Of a DNA stretch of 64,000 nucleotides, positions 30,716 to 41,038 are shown piece after piece. Under the pieces are notes generated by a model. It was not told the DNA's origin. It did no database searches and saw only the letters and a program-made list of their open reading frames with translations. Every line of letters starts with the position of its first letter. The stretch's first letter is position 1. The position numbers and the translations under genes were made by a program. This stretch comes from a virus. The DNA lies in the UHGV virus genome UHGV-0213541. One strand, written 5' to 3'.

Positions 30716-31627
30716 TTAGAAAATGTCGTTACTTGCGAAAACTATCTGGTCATCGGGGACTATATCAAGAACCTGATCCATATTACGTTCATGGTTTGTC
30801 CTTATTGCTTTTGCCACAGTCGGCGTCCATCCGGGCTTGTACCACGATTTTCCAGGGTCTTCATCCTCAAGAATTAACTCAACTTGCTCTGTCAACTCTT
30901 CTGCTTTTATATTTGTACAAAGTATAGGAAAAACAATTATTGCAGTGACGAAATTTTTCCTTTTATCGTCGTTTTCCATGCGTTTGCAATATGTGGTAAC
31001 AACCAAACCTAAAGATCTAAGTTCTTTTATACTTTCTTTCATGGTTGTTCTCGACACGTTCAACAAATTCATAACAGTCCCGTAATATCCAACAAACACT
31101 GGTGCTTTGACATCTTTGTGAACATTACCCCAAAAGCCAGCATACATTTTTAATGCGATATAAATACGCAATATCGTCGATCTCGAATATCCTTTGCCAC
31201 CAGATGAACATAACAAGTCCCATAGGATTTTAAATTCATTAAGCTCAATGCATGCTAACATATTTTTGCCGTTTACCGCATGTTCTTTTGCTTTCGCAAC
31301 AATATCATTAGTAAAATCAAATCCAAAAATCATTTTTGGGTCGTCTGATCTTCCATAAAATTTTACATATCCGTATTCCTCTAAGCTGTCAAGCGCCCTG
31401 TTGACAGCCGTATAATGTCTTGCTCTTAAATCGTTGTTGTTAAAAAATGCAGCATTCTTACACAAATCAATTACAGATGTCTTTCTCCGCATCCACTCCA
31501 ACCCGTTCATATCGGCCATCATATATAGGGCAAGATACACAGAGACAAGACATGGCGATGATTCCTGTAATAAATGAGCTGGAATAAAAATCTTAATTTT
31601 GTCTGAGTAATTTTTTTGTAGATACAT
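30716..31627 (-). CDS. Tandem winged-HTH DNA-binding protein, possible replication initiator
   Basis: VNRALDSLEEYGYV and LNVSRTTMKESIKELRSLGLV wHTH signatures; SD GGAGGT; repeats upstream. Confidence 0.6.
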   Translation of the reverse strand: MYLQKNYSDKIKIFIPAHLLQESSPCLVSVYLALYMMADMNGLEWMRRKTSVIDLCKNAAFFNNNDLRARHYTAVNRALDSLEEYGYVKFYGRSDDPKMIFGFDFTNDIVAKAKEHAVNGKNMLACIELNEFKILWDLLCSSGGKGYSRSTILRIYIALKMYAGFWGNVHKDVKAPVFVGYYGTVMNLLNVSRTTMKESIKELRSLGLVVTTYCKRMENDDKRKNFVTAIIVFPILCTNIKAEELTEQVELILEDEDPGKSWYKPGWTPTVAKAIRTNHERNMDQVLDIVPDDQIVFASNDIF

Positions 31628-31703
31628 CAATACCTCCGTTTTTTTTACGGCATCACACTTCTGTTGACCTGACGCCAATGTTCAATACAAAATGCGCCTA
31701 AAA

Positions 31704-31798
31704 AATCATCGTCGGTTTTTTGCTGAATACGGCACATAATCTGCCATAATCATCGTCGGGTTTTGGTAGAATATACCCCTGTTTTCAGCAAAAACCCG
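31704..31798. repeat. Two direct and one inverted copy of an (AATCATCGT)CGGKTTTTKGYWGAA-like motif upstream of the HTH gene
   Basis: 31704-31729, 31748-31773, inverted partial 31784-31798. Confidence 0.6.
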
Positions 31799-32248
31799 CT
31801 CACTTATATTTCATAGTGCCATCTTTATCGGACTCGGTTTTTGTCCAGTCCCCTCCGCGTTCTGGGCCCGTGTCAGTATAGGTCCCAGAAGCTCCGGGTC
31901 CTGTCCAAAAACCTCGTCCTCAGCGGCGTTCTCACGCCTTGTTGCGCTGGGCTTGTGTTGCGTGTAACCCTTGACTTTGTTGTTGGCATTTACTCCTCAA
32001 GGTCTTTCTGTACAGTGCGTATCGTGCGTAAGGGCTTTTGTGTGCGCATTGACCTTATTGACTTCTTACGCCATTACCCCCCTGCCCCTTGTTCGGTCCT
32101 GCGCATCGTTCTCTTTGGTCACGATGCTTGTCCCGGCGTCGTCCTTGTGCTTTATAAATTGTGGCACAAGTACTCCGCACACAGGTGATCTTGTCAGGGC
32201 TGGAATGTTGGACTTGTTCCCGCCTTTGCATGGATTGTTGCCGTGCCC

Positions 32249-32425
32249 TTAATACACAATGACTACATCGGTCATGCCTCTTCTAAAGCGCCCTATCTGT
32301 GCCCCTGGAACCTGTGTTGTCCAAATATCTGCGGCTTCTACGGTGTCATGGTTCTTGTCATACACGCACATAATGTCGTCCTTGTGCTCGTCTGGCACAA
32401 TCTCATAGAATTCTCGAATCGTCAT
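32249..32425 (-). CDS. Hypothetical protein (58 aa, not in the ORF track)
   Basis: AAGGAGGTG SD; MTIREFYEIVPDEHKDD... Confidence 0.6.
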   Translation of the reverse strand: MTIREFYEIVPDEHKDDIMCVYDKNHDTVEAADIWTTQVPGAQIGRFRRGMTDVVIVY

Positions 32426-32484
32426 GTTGTCACCTCCTTGCCACGCATATTCTCAGCCATTGATACAGCCCATCTGCTGCGTTC

Positions 32485-32865
32485 TTATAGAACCATCCAC
32501 AAAGTTATCGTACCGTCCACAAACAGGCTCTGGCTGTACTCCTCGCCGTCTAAGACGATGTACTTCTTCCCGTCAATATCCTTGTGCGACCCAAGGCATG
32601 GAACAACACGCCTGTCCAACTCCTCAATACTCGGCGCTGACACGATCACATTGTCCCCGTGTAACCCACAAAGCTCGGTCTCTGTAAGCTCGTGCAGCTG
32701 GAATGACATGCATGGAATAGCGTTGATCGCATCAATCATGTGTTTCCAATCGTTGTGCTCCTGTACCTGTGCTGGGTCGTTTTCGCACCACACCATAGGC
32801 TCCTCTCCAAGCGCCTCCAGAGCGTCTTTGCGGCGAATAATTTCATCACTCGACATCGTTATCAC
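32485..32865 (-). CDS. Hypothetical phage protein
   Basis: IIRRKDALEAL...IDAINAIP motif. Confidence 0.55.
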   Translation of the reverse strand: MITMSSDEIIRRKDALEALGEEPMVWCENDPAQVQEHNDWKHMIDAINAIPCMSFQLHELTETELCGLHGDNVIVSAPSIEELDRRVVPCLGSHKDIDGKKYIVLDGEEYSQSLFVDGTITLWMVL

Positions 32866-33122
32866 ATCTCCTTAAAAAGATTTACAGGCGGCTCTACGGG
32901 TGTGCTGTGGCGTATAAGCATATTGATATTAAGACAAAAATCCAACAGTTCATCATATGTATCACAAGGCCAGCACCCACGGTGGGCAAGTCTGTCTTTC
33001 TTCATGCGGTCGCTCATGGGCTGAGCATATTTACTCTCACCAAACCCTGCTATGGTTTCCGCCTCGTTCCGGCTCCACCCAGCTGCCATCATCAACTTGA
33101 TATATCTCTTGCGTGTCATCAT
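32862..33122 (-). CDS. MTRKR-family small protein (paralogue 1)
   Basis: MTRKRYIKLMMAAGWSRNEAE...HRGCWP. Confidence 0.6.
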   Translation of the reverse strand: MMTRKRYIKLMMAAGWSRNEAETIAGFGESKYAQPMSDRMKKDRLAHRGCWPCDTYDELLDFCLNINMLIRHSTPVEPPVNLFKEM

Positions 33123-33132
33123 TATCCTCTCT

Positions 33133-33396
33133 TTAAAAATCGTCTCTAACGCCCTCTCCGGGCTTGTCACTTGGGTACAACTCTCGGAGACGCATCATGT
33201 TATCATACGCTTCTACATATGTACTATATGGCCAGCAACCACGATGCGACACAATATTCTTCCAGCGCCGCTTATCAAACGTCTTACTCGACCTGTTTGG
33301 TTTGCATTCATCAATCCCAAGCCCGGCGGTATTTTCAGCGTTGTTCCGGCTCCAACTGTTTGCCATCAACAGTTTAATATATCTCTTCCGCGTCAT
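33133..33396 (-). CDS. MTRKR-family small protein (paralogue 2)
   Basis: MTRKRYIKLLMANSWSRNNAE...HRGCWP. Confidence 0.6.
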   Translation of the reverse strand: MTRKRYIKLLMANSWSRNNAENTAGLGIDECKPNRSSKTFDKRRWKNIVSHRGCWPYSTYVEAYDNMMRLRELYPSDKPGEGVRDDF

Positions 33397-33411
33397 CGTT
33401 ATCTCTCCTTA

Positions 33412-33627
33412 TTACAGTTTGTATTTTTCCTGCTGCTCTTTTTGCCACGCCTTGATCTCGGAAATTTCTTTGTCAAGAATAGCTTCGGTCTCAGCTTCTT
33501 CAAAAAAGAACGGGTCACGGTCCAGTGGGATGCTCTGCAGTAGCTGCCAGAAGCGGTAGTCCGGTTTCAACTCCCACAGCTCCGCCAGCTTGCTCAAAAA
33601 TGGCCAAATTCTCTTAGGATCACGCAT
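33412..33627 (-). CDS. DUF1040/YihD-like small protein
   Basis: MRDPKRI..FL..L.ELW...PD.RF.QL. Confidence 0.6.
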   Translation of the reverse strand: MRDPKRIWPFLSKLAELWELKPDYRFWQLLQSIPLDRDPFFFEEAETEAILDKEISEIKAWQKEQQEKYKL

Positions 33628-34006
33628 TGTTGTCAACTTCCTCTCCTTTTGCAATTTTGTTCAGTGAATAATATCCAGGTCTAAAAATGTCTGGAAAAAA
33701 GATACCTGGAATAGCATGAAAATTTTCATACGTATTTTTAGAAGTCTTCTTACATATCAACATTTTTCCAACCTCGTAATAGACCGTATCAACGTCGTAT
33801 TTCATTAGCATCTTAGCCATTTCGGTTTCATTTTTTGTCCAGACAACCTCGCCGATTTCCCAATCATCTGGTGTTGAAAATGACGTAATACAATCTCCGC
33901 CAATATAGAGATCGCACTCCTCACATCCATGTTCCCGTTCTTCACAATACCGTTTGATTGTTCTGATCGCATCGATAGCATCGACTTTCTTGATTCTTTC
34001 AGTCAT
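33620..34006 (-). CDS. Cys-rich phage protein
   Basis: AIRTIKRYC...C..C.L...C...P.DW. Confidence 0.6.
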   Translation of the reverse strand: MTERIKKVDAIDAIRTIKRYCEEREHGCEECDLYIGGDCITSFSTPDDWEIGEVVWTKNETEMAKMLMKYDVDTVYYEVGKMLICKKTSKNTYENFHAIPGIFFPDIFRPGYYSLNKIAKGEEVDNNA

Positions 34007-34009
34007 AAC

Positions 34010-34261
34010 TCACACTCCATAGTTCAAAATGTATCGTCCGTATGTCATCCCATGGCTTCTCGCCGCACGGTTTAGGTCAGTAATACTTGGACCAACCGCT
34101 TGCTTTGTAATCGCTCGTGCCGGTCCATACATCGGATGTCTCTCACGATACCAACGCGCCTGCGCTTCCTTATGAGCTGGAATCTTGCAATCTTCGCAGT
34201 AACGTTGGCTTGTGTTTCCGCGCTCAAAAAGAACACCGCAGCGCTTACATTCAATCATCAT
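34010..34261 (-). CDS. Zn-finger protein
   Basis: CKRCG...QRYCEDC...AARSHGMTYGRY. Confidence 0.65.
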   Translation of the reverse strand: MMIECKRCGVLFERGNTSQRYCEDCKIPAHKEAQARWYRERHPMYGPARAITKQAVGPSITDLNRAARSHGMTYGRYILNYGV

Positions 34262-34833
34262 GTGCTATATTCTCCAGCGCATTAGCATATGTCTCAACCG
34301 CGCAGTTTATAGGATTGTAAATATGACGCAGATACTTTTTTATTTTAAGTACGGCATAATCGCAATTCCCGTCTTTGTCTGCATCAACGCAGCACTCAGA
34401 GATGACCTTTATAAGCCCGTCCTCTTCTTTGATGATATCTATGAGCTTATCTTTCGGGAAGTCCTTCAGCTTCTCATATTCAGCTCTTGTCATCTTCACA
34501 CGCCTCCAGCCATCCATCGATCTCGCTGCGCAGGTTCTTCATGCAGGCAACGACCGCCTCATGTACGCGGGCACAGCTGGCGTATTGCAGCCCTGCATCA
34601 ATGGCATCCTCACCGGTCAGCTCAAGTGATCCGATTATGGCCGTTGCAAGGTAGTCGTAAAAATCAACACATGCAAGACAATTCTTGTCATAAGCTTCAT
34701 CGGCGATTGGTTTGCTCCCCGGCAGAAACGCCGACGCCATGTCCATGAAGGAATTTGCAAATTCATATGCGCGGAGCCGCCGCTCTGTAGGAATCAGCAT
34801 AAAGTATGGCCGCGTATCGATTCTATCGTTCAT
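34251..34833 (-). CDS. Two overlapping hypothetical genes (34833-34480 and 34493-34251)
   Basis: SD-preceded ORFs with coupled starts and stops. Confidence 0.5.
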
Positions 34834-34911
34834 GATAATCTCCTTACTGTTTACTTATTAGTGACAAAGTGCCACAGTTTGTTTATGATAGTGGACATTA
34901 GGCGTTGCTGG

Positions 34912-35721
34912 TTATTCGCCAACAAAAATGTACTGATTAACATAATCCCGATTTTCACCTTTCAAGATTGGCATTTCAGTATCAAGTACCCACTGCCCAT
35001 CCTTATTGATACAGGCTGTACCACGTTTGCATGTGGTAGGATAATTATTCCAGTTGACGTCAAATTGCCACATAAGCATGTCCTGAATGTCGTTGCATTT
35101 CTTCCCCTCCAGCTGTTTGTATGAGAAATATGCTTGCCCCACCATCTGGATGGAATTGCGTGTCGCATCGAGCTGACGCCAATAGATAAGGTTACAAACT
35201 TCTTCCTTTGGGATATTGAAGCAGCGGGCGTCGAACATAGCGCCTTTATTGGCGGCAGTCGTCATCTTTGCAACATACTCGTTATGAGCAATTTGTACAT
35301 CTATAGATTGTGGCGTAAGACTACTTTTCCATGCAGAATCTTCGTTCCAGATAGACATTCTGAAGAATTTATTGAACGCCATCGTTGCCATACTGGCGGA
35401 CACACTACATAGCTTCTGAACTTCGTAATCGAACCAAGCATCCGTGGTAAGTGTCTGGTAGTCAATCAGGATCAGTGTGATTTCATCGGACTGTGTATAA
35501 CCAAACACGCAGCCTTGGATATTCTTGCACAGGTACATCATGGTTTCCTGCATAGATTTCATCAGGATCATGTCAAAAGGCTTCTGAAAGCCACGAGTAA
35601 AGGTGTGGAAGCTTTTGCCGTCAATTCTCAGTGCAACCGGCGTTCGGCGCATTAACTTTGTTTTAGGAACTGCCTCGTAATACTCTTTCATACGGGTGCC
35701 CATGGAATCATTAAAGCTCAT
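34912..35721 (-). CDS. thg1: tRNA(His) guanylyltransferase Thg1-like 3'-5' polymerase
   Basis: RIDGKSFHTFT, YTQSDEITL, FDARCF and WRQLDATRNSI motifs. Confidence 0.92.
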   Translation of the reverse strand: MSFNDSMGTRMKEYYEAVPKTKLMRRTPVALRIDGKSFHTFTRGFQKPFDMILMKSMQETMMYLCKNIQGCVFGYTQSDEITLILIDYQTLTTDAWFDYEVQKLCSVSASMATMAFNKFFRMSIWNEDSAWKSSLTPQSIDVQIAHNEYVAKMTTAANKGAMFDARCFNIPKEEVCNLIYWRQLDATRNSIQMVGQAYFSYKQLEGKKCNDIQDMLMWQFDVNWNNYPTTCKRGTACINKDGQWVLDTEMPILKGENRDYVNQYIFVGE

Positions 35722-35739
35722 AATATTCTCCTTGTCTGT

Positions 35740-35895
35740 TTACTTATTAGAGATATATTGCGTTGCTTGTGCCAACATTAGAATTGCGCACTTGCAGCTG
35801 CTCTTATCGTACCAAGCGCACCTTTTATCACATTCGTAGTCTGTTGATGCTTTAACAGCTGCTTTTAATGGGCATCTTTTCTCTTCATAATACAT
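35740..35895 (-). CDS. Small Cys-rich protein (51 aa, not in the ORF track)
   Basis: MYYEEKRCPL...CDKRCAWY....KCAI. Confidence 0.55.
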   Translation of the reverse strand: MYYEEKRCPLKAAVKASTDYECDKRCAWYDKSSCKCAILMLAQATQYISNK

Positions 35896-36274
35896 TTGGT
35901 TTCTCTGGCTCCTTCCCTACTCTGGCGCAGAAATCGAGATAATCATCGATTGCATCCCGCGCCACTTTGTCAATATTTATAAACTTCTTCGTATGAAAGT
36001 TTACAAGGTCGCTGATGTCGTCAATTTTTCCGTACCAAATGCGGTCCTTCGGATCATACTTGACAGTGCAACCGTATCCCTTATAGATGTAAAAATATTG
36101 GCTATGCCAATCCCATAGGTCTTTGTAGCTTGTAAAGAGTGCTCCGTCAATCATGTATCTGCGCCTGGAGAACATTTCGCCACAAATTTCGTATGTAACA
36201 ATTTTGTTGAAGGCATTGCGTTTATAACCAATGCTCATCATAAGCTTCTTGTATCGTTTACGGGTCATATACAT
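35885..36274 (-). CDS. MTRKR-module / HicB-like antitoxin domain fusion
   Basis: YKGYGCTVKYD..DRIWYGKI..I.DLVNF...AIDDYLDFC...GKEPEKP. Confidence 0.75.
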   Translation of the reverse strand: MYMTRKRYKKLMMSIGYKRNAFNKIVTYEICGEMFSRRRYMIDGALFTSYKDLWDWHSQYFYIYKGYGCTVKYDPKDRIWYGKIDDISDLVNFHTKKFINIDKVARDAIDDYLDFCARVGKEPEKPNVL

Positions 36275-36666
36275 CACTCCTTAGTTGGTGGCGCTGGCAG
36301 TTCTGTCCATGCGAGGACTTTTGCGCTAGTTCCATGTGTAGGTTCACCGCTCCATTGGCCATTGAAAAAATATCCACGATCCACTGTGCGGTACATGCAG
36401 TTGTAGTTACCATAGCGGAAGTATTCGTAGTAGCACAGATATTCTCCGTTTTCTGTTGGCGGGTCATTCTGTGCATCGTGCCAGATGGTTCCTTTGGCCT
36501 CCTCGATGGCATCCAGCTTTTCTAACGCATCCCGGATCACCTTGACGGTGTTCTGGTAGCAGTCGCATTCATGGCAGTGTCTCTTATCCCACACCAATCT
36601 GCAATCACTGCAAAATCCGTATTTTATGGCGATGTTAAAGGCTCGTTCGTATGCTTTGTTAGTCAT
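36274..36666 (-). CDS. DUF551-like protein
   Basis: WH....PP..NGEYL...VLAWTELPAPP. Confidence 0.7.
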   Translation of the reverse strand: MTNKAYERAFNIAIKYGFCSDCRLVWDKRHCHECDCYQNTVKVIRDALEKLDAIEEAKGTIWHDAQNDPPTENGEYLCYYEYFRYGNYNCMYRTVDRGYFFNGQWSGEPTHGTSAKVLAWTELPAPPTKE

Positions 36667-36997
36667 TGTGTGCCTCCTTTGGCGGTTTTGGCAGCGGCAT
36701 CCAGTGGGTGACAAAATCATCAACTTGGAGATTTCTTGTATCATCGTCGTTATAGTGTCTTTCCTCCCACCAGCCTTCGGGGATGATGTAATCGTCGGTT
36801 TCTTCGTCGTAAGTACCCCAATAATTTATATCGTCCCAATTCCAGATACTTTCTTCTGTATGGATAGTTCCATCCTCGTATATAGCGGTAGTGGTAACAT
36901 GGCCTATAACCTTGTCATCTCTGCGCACCTCTGCATAAATAAAAACTTCTGTTTCCGGCTCCGGCGGTCTGTCTTTAACGCTTATCCATTCAGTCAT
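36659..36997 (-). CDS. DUF551 protein
   Basis: MTEWISVKDRPPE...VTHWMPLPKPP. Confidence 0.85.
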   Translation of the reverse strand: MTEWISVKDRPPEPETEVFIYAEVRRDDKVIGHVTTTAIYEDGTIHTEESIWNWDDINYWGTYDEETDDYIIPEGWWEERHYNDDDTRNLQVDDFVTHWMPLPKPPKEAHND

Positions 36998-37277
36998 CTG
37001 CGCTCACCTCCGTGGGTTCTTTCTTTTCCTTTCTTCGCTCGTAGTTCCGGCAATACTCAGGCGAGTTGTAAAAACTCACGGGTTCAAATGCGCATTTGTA
37101 TTTTCTCAGTTCTATGTCTCCACCCTTGTGTATAAGGTGCTCGCAGGTGTCGCATAGCGTTTCTTTCTTTGGCTCTTGCGGTATCTTCTGCGTTATGGCC
37201 TTTATTACGCGAAAAACTAAATATACTGCACAGGTCAGCAAAATAAAAATTTCAAAAAATGCAACGATTTTAGTCAT
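36990..37277 (-). CDS. Membrane-anchored Cys-rich protein
   Basis: N-terminal TM helix; CDTCEH...C...C..YE. Confidence 0.6.
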   Translation of the reverse strand: MTKIVAFFEIFILLTCAVYLVFRVIKAITQKIPQEPKKETLCDTCEHLIHKGGDIELRKYKCAFEPVSFYNSPEYCRNYERRKEKKEPTEVSADD

Positions 37278-37572
37278 CTGCGTTCACCATCCTTTTGCCA
37301 CAGTGGGGGCAATATTTGTACTGTGATGCTGCCCATCTGGATTCCCATGCACAGCAAGAGCAAGCTTCCCAACTTCCGTCTGCACCTTCATCCGGTGCTT
37401 CAATCCATTCTGCCGTAGGTCGTAGGCTTTCCTCGTCAACAGTTGGTGCAGTGTTGACTAGATCGCGTACATACCTCATACAACTATTGTATGCTTGAAA
37501 TTCGCCGCCGTCGTATGCGCAGTCGTCTGAGTTTAAATATTTCAAAAGCTCATCTGCATCAATCAGTCGCAT
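37270..37572 (-). CDS. Zn-ribbon phage protein
   Basis: MRLIDADEL...APTVD...AEWI...CSCC...YCPHCGKRM. Confidence 0.75.
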   Translation of the reverse strand: MRLIDADELLKYLNSDDCAYDGGEFQAYNSCMRYVRDLVNTAPTVDEESLRPTAEWIEAPDEGADGSWEACSCCAWESRWAASQYKYCPHCGKRMVNADD

Positions 37573-37924
37573 CGTTATGCCTCTCTTTCTCAAAATAGAA
37601 TTTGATCGCTTTCGGATTTTCCAGCACATTTTCGTACACCACGCCGATCTTGTAGATGTAGTTCTCTTGCAGTTTTCGCGGAATCTCCGCAATGTACCGT
37701 CTGAATGTTTCAAGGTCGTGGGCGCGTTTGTAATGGTTGCACATACGGCAGGACGGCATAAGGTTTTCAATGTCGTCCGTGCCGGAATCCTCGGGGTTCC
37801 ACGCCTTCTGCGGCTTGAAATGGTCTACCTGCATATCATTGTAAGCAATGTGGCGGTCACAGTAAGCGCAATGACCATCGTATTTTTTATACACCGCAAT
37901 GCGGGTCTTTTTGCTGATTGCCAT
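37559..37924 (-). CDS. HNH endonuclease
   Basis: CAYC...MQVDH..P...NLMPSCRMCNHYK. Confidence 0.88.
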   Translation of the reverse strand: MAISKKTRIAVYKKYDGHCAYCDRHIAYNDMQVDHFKPQKAWNPEDSGTDDIENLMPSCRMCNHYKRAHDLETFRRYIAEIPRKLQENYIYKIGVVYENVLENPKAIKFYFEKERHNDATD

Positions 37925-38749
37925 TTATTCATCCTCGCTGTACTTATAATCGTAAAAAGTTCCGTCAGGTTCAACGAAAAATTCTTCTTCCTCCCATCGC
38001 GCATCACAGGTTTTATAATTTTCGCAAGAAGCAAGGCTCACGTCCATGAAACCATCATCGCCGCGCTTATACCGTTTGCCAATTTTGCCATCATTGCGCA
38101 TTGTATAATCCAGCGAATATTGATACAGATTGCTTACAACAATGCGTCCACCGCAGAGCGGGCAGCATTTTATAACTGTTCCAATGTTCATTCTATGCCC
38201 TCCGTATCCGCCGGGGATTGTGTAGCAGGCTCTTTCTGCTGCCAGTAACAGCAGCCGTCATCGCCGTCCGTGGAGTCTGCACAATAGGGGTTTGCGCCGC
38301 AAAAGCATACGCCGCTATCGCTTATCCAATGCGCCGCAGGCCGTACCGCGTCCGGGTTATTTGCCAATTTTTGCAGTTCGTTCAGGTCTTCAAGTACACA
38401 TGTAATGCCGCATGTGCCGCACTCTCTTGTTGTATCAGTACACATGCCACAGGCGTCACTGTATTTTGTGATTTTATCACGGATTGCTTCTTGAATTGTG
38501 TTCATTGGTATACTCTCTTTCCATTTTTAACGCTTCTTCGCGCAATTCACCAAACCCATATTCATCACCCCATCTCATGCGGGAAACAATCGTGTCGCAA
38601 GTCTCGCACAAATAATAAGACTCGGCAGTTCCGCCGTCTGCGTAGGCCATCGATGCCATTCTTGCAGGTGATAAAATGTTTCTACCACAGCCAAAACGGA
38701 TGTGCGGTTTTCTGGTCGTTACATATTTATGTCTTAAAATGGTGCCCAT
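37925..38749 (-). CDS. Three small Cys-rich genes (38749-38477, 38505-38188, 38191-37925)
   Basis: Overlapping start/stop codons; CxxC motifs. Confidence 0.55.
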
Positions 38750-38763
38750 TCTGATACCTCCCT

Positions 38764-39168
38764 CTAGTTGCTTGTCCTCAGATTTTTCAGCATAGTATCG
38801 GTCAAGTACAAGGCCGCTCCGGCATATCTGTCATAGTATGTTCCGTCATCGTAGATTCTTCGCTCATAATAGTATTCTATATAACTATGGTCTTTTTCTG
38901 ATTTTCGCATCGTTACACAATCCATACGGTCTTCTTTATCGAGGATGTTGTCTCCGTCTTGAACTCCGTAGCATATATAATCTCGGTGGCCATGTACACC
39001 ACCATAGCCGTTTGTAAGCATTTCAGTAGTAACATAGGCATACACGATTTCTTGCTGGATAGAGACTGTCTTTGTTTCTATGACAGGGTTTTCTTTGAAT
39101 GGGAACATCAGGATAATTAGAACGAACAGAGCGGTTATACAAAATGTTGCCAATAGTGCTTTCTTCAT
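38764..39168 (-). CDS. Membrane-anchored or secreted protein
   Basis: MKKALLATFCITALFVLIILMF signal/TM segment. Confidence 0.6.
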   Translation of the reverse strand: MKKALLATFCITALFVLIILMFPFKENPVIETKTVSIQQEIVYAYVTTEMLTNGYGGVHGHRDYICYGVQDGDNILDKEDRMDCVTMRKSEKDHSYIEYYYERRIYDDGTYYDRYAGAALYLTDTMLKNLRTSN

Positions 39169-39752
39169 TCTGATACCTTCTCTACAAATGCCATTCTCTG
39201 GCGCAGATTTAGAAATTCTGGATTGAGAATACAAGCCGGAGTAACATCATTGACGTAGCGTGCATCGTCGTCGCCCAACTGACCATTCGCGTTCACAGTG
39301 CGGACGACGTTCGCACGGTCCGCGTCAGAATCCTTATCACCGCAGTACCACGGTGTAGCAGTCCACACCCAACTGTCGTAGTGTGGAATGAACTCACGGT
39401 ACTCGCGGTATTCATCACACGTGAGAATGAAAACAAAGTCATGTACAGTTCCATAGGCGCGGTCACCGTTGTCGGCAACAAGGTCAACGGTATGCGGCAG
39501 TAGACTCTTTTTCCCAAAAACAGCATTTGCCATATCAGATAAAATCCCCCGCACATTACTGGTGCGGTAGTTATTCCAGTTGCCATTCTCATCGGCGAAT
39601 TTATCACTTGGGCAGAACTTTATATCTTTTAACCACGGTTCAGCCATAATAGCCAGTACGCCGCCGTCAGGGTGGTTAGGGTCAAGGCATACCCATTCAA
39701 AACCTTTAAACATGAAGTGTTCGCCGGGACGCAAAGTTGTTATGTTAGTCAT
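39165..39752 (-). CDS. DUF6273-like phage protein
   Basis: F.GFEWVCLD...NNYRTS..R...LTCDEYR.YR...W.W.ATP...V.PACIL. Confidence 0.7.
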   Translation of the reverse strand: MTNITTLRPGEHFMFKGFEWVCLDPNHPDGGVLAIMAEPWLKDIKFCPSDKFADENGNWNNYRTSNVRGILSDMANAVFGKKSLLPHTVDLVADNGDRAYGTVHDFVFILTCDEYREYREFIPHYDSWVWTATPWYCGDKDSDADRANVVRTVNANGQLGDDDARYVNDVTPACILNPEFLNLRQRMAFVEKVSE

Positions 39753-40863
39753 TGTCGTTTACCTCCGCAAGCCAGTAAGTCCTTTTGCATTCGCCACAAT
39801 TCCTATCACCGCAGCATTTTTTCATTTCTTTTTCGATGCTGCATGGCGATATATCTATAACATCTTGACAAAGGTCGGCATTAGGGAACATCCTCAAAAA
39901 CTTATTTTGGCGGGTATTGACGGGATGCTCTTTTTCCCATTTCTCTACTTTTGAAATCGTTTTTTCAATGTTCCTAATTGAAGTATCATCGAACCCAATC
40001 ATGCAACGCCCTTTTTCATTAACAGGACATCCATTGCAGTGTCGATTTTTGCATAACCTGTTTACCGTCTTACAAAATTCAACAGCGTCCATCACTCATC
40101 AACCTCCTCTAGCCAATATTCCTTGCGGCAAGCACAGCAATCGTTGTTGTGTTTCTTACATCGTGCGCTTGAAAATCCATAAGTCGGATAGTCAGGGCAT
40201 TGCTCAATAACGCCGTTTTTATCAAGCGGGGCGTATGGAAACTGTTCAAGCATTCTGTCCTGACGAACAACCTTGCGCGGAAGCGGGTTATCTTTACCCC
40301 ACCGTTCGACTTTATCAATCAGTCGATCAATATCCGTAATTGCACCAGGATAACACCCGTCTTCAATCATCACACAGTCATCACACGATGTATTATTACA
40401 ATATCGTATAAAACACTTCAAAAATTCTTTAGCGTCCATGGTCTTCCTCCCAATACTTGTCCCAGTATGCTGGCCCATGTGGCTCTTCTGACCAGTATTC
40501 GTGCTTACAGATTGCGCAATCGTCCCCATATTTATCGCAGATCCGCGTTTCGGTGTCGCAATAACTATCTTCCAGGTAATACTCCGGGCAGAGGTCAACG
40601 TCTCCGTTTTCGTTGATTTTTCCGTTTGTCAATAGATTGGGAAAGCACCGTAGTAGGCGATCTTTGCGGGTCTCTTTGGCTGGATGATCCTTATTGTATT
40701 GTTCAACTGTGGAAATAATCTTAGATAAGGTTGTGTCTGGACAGTAACATAAAAAATCATTACACAAATCATGCAGGCAACAATTCGTGCAGGTTAAGTT
40801 TTTATCACATCCTGCATTGCATATTTGCTTTGCTGTTTTTAAGAACTTCAGGGCGTCCATCAA
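39745..40863 (-). CDS. Three tandem paralogous Cys-rich genes (40863-40429, 40439-40092, 40095-39745)
   Basis: Shared MDA..F...C....C..C...VE.W.K..P..TR....L..FP...C...C..C...YW.EE pattern. Confidence 0.7.
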
Positions 40864-41038
40864 TCGTGTGTCTCCTCTGTATAATACTTTCTTTCTTCTT
40901 CAAGTTCATCCGGTGTGGTAATATACTCGCAGTATCCCGGAAAGATCTGGTCATCTCTGTAATACCTGCAATCGAATAAGGCATAAAACGGGCAATCCCA
41001 GCAGCCAATAGGACGCTCGTCTAATACAATTCGTGCCA

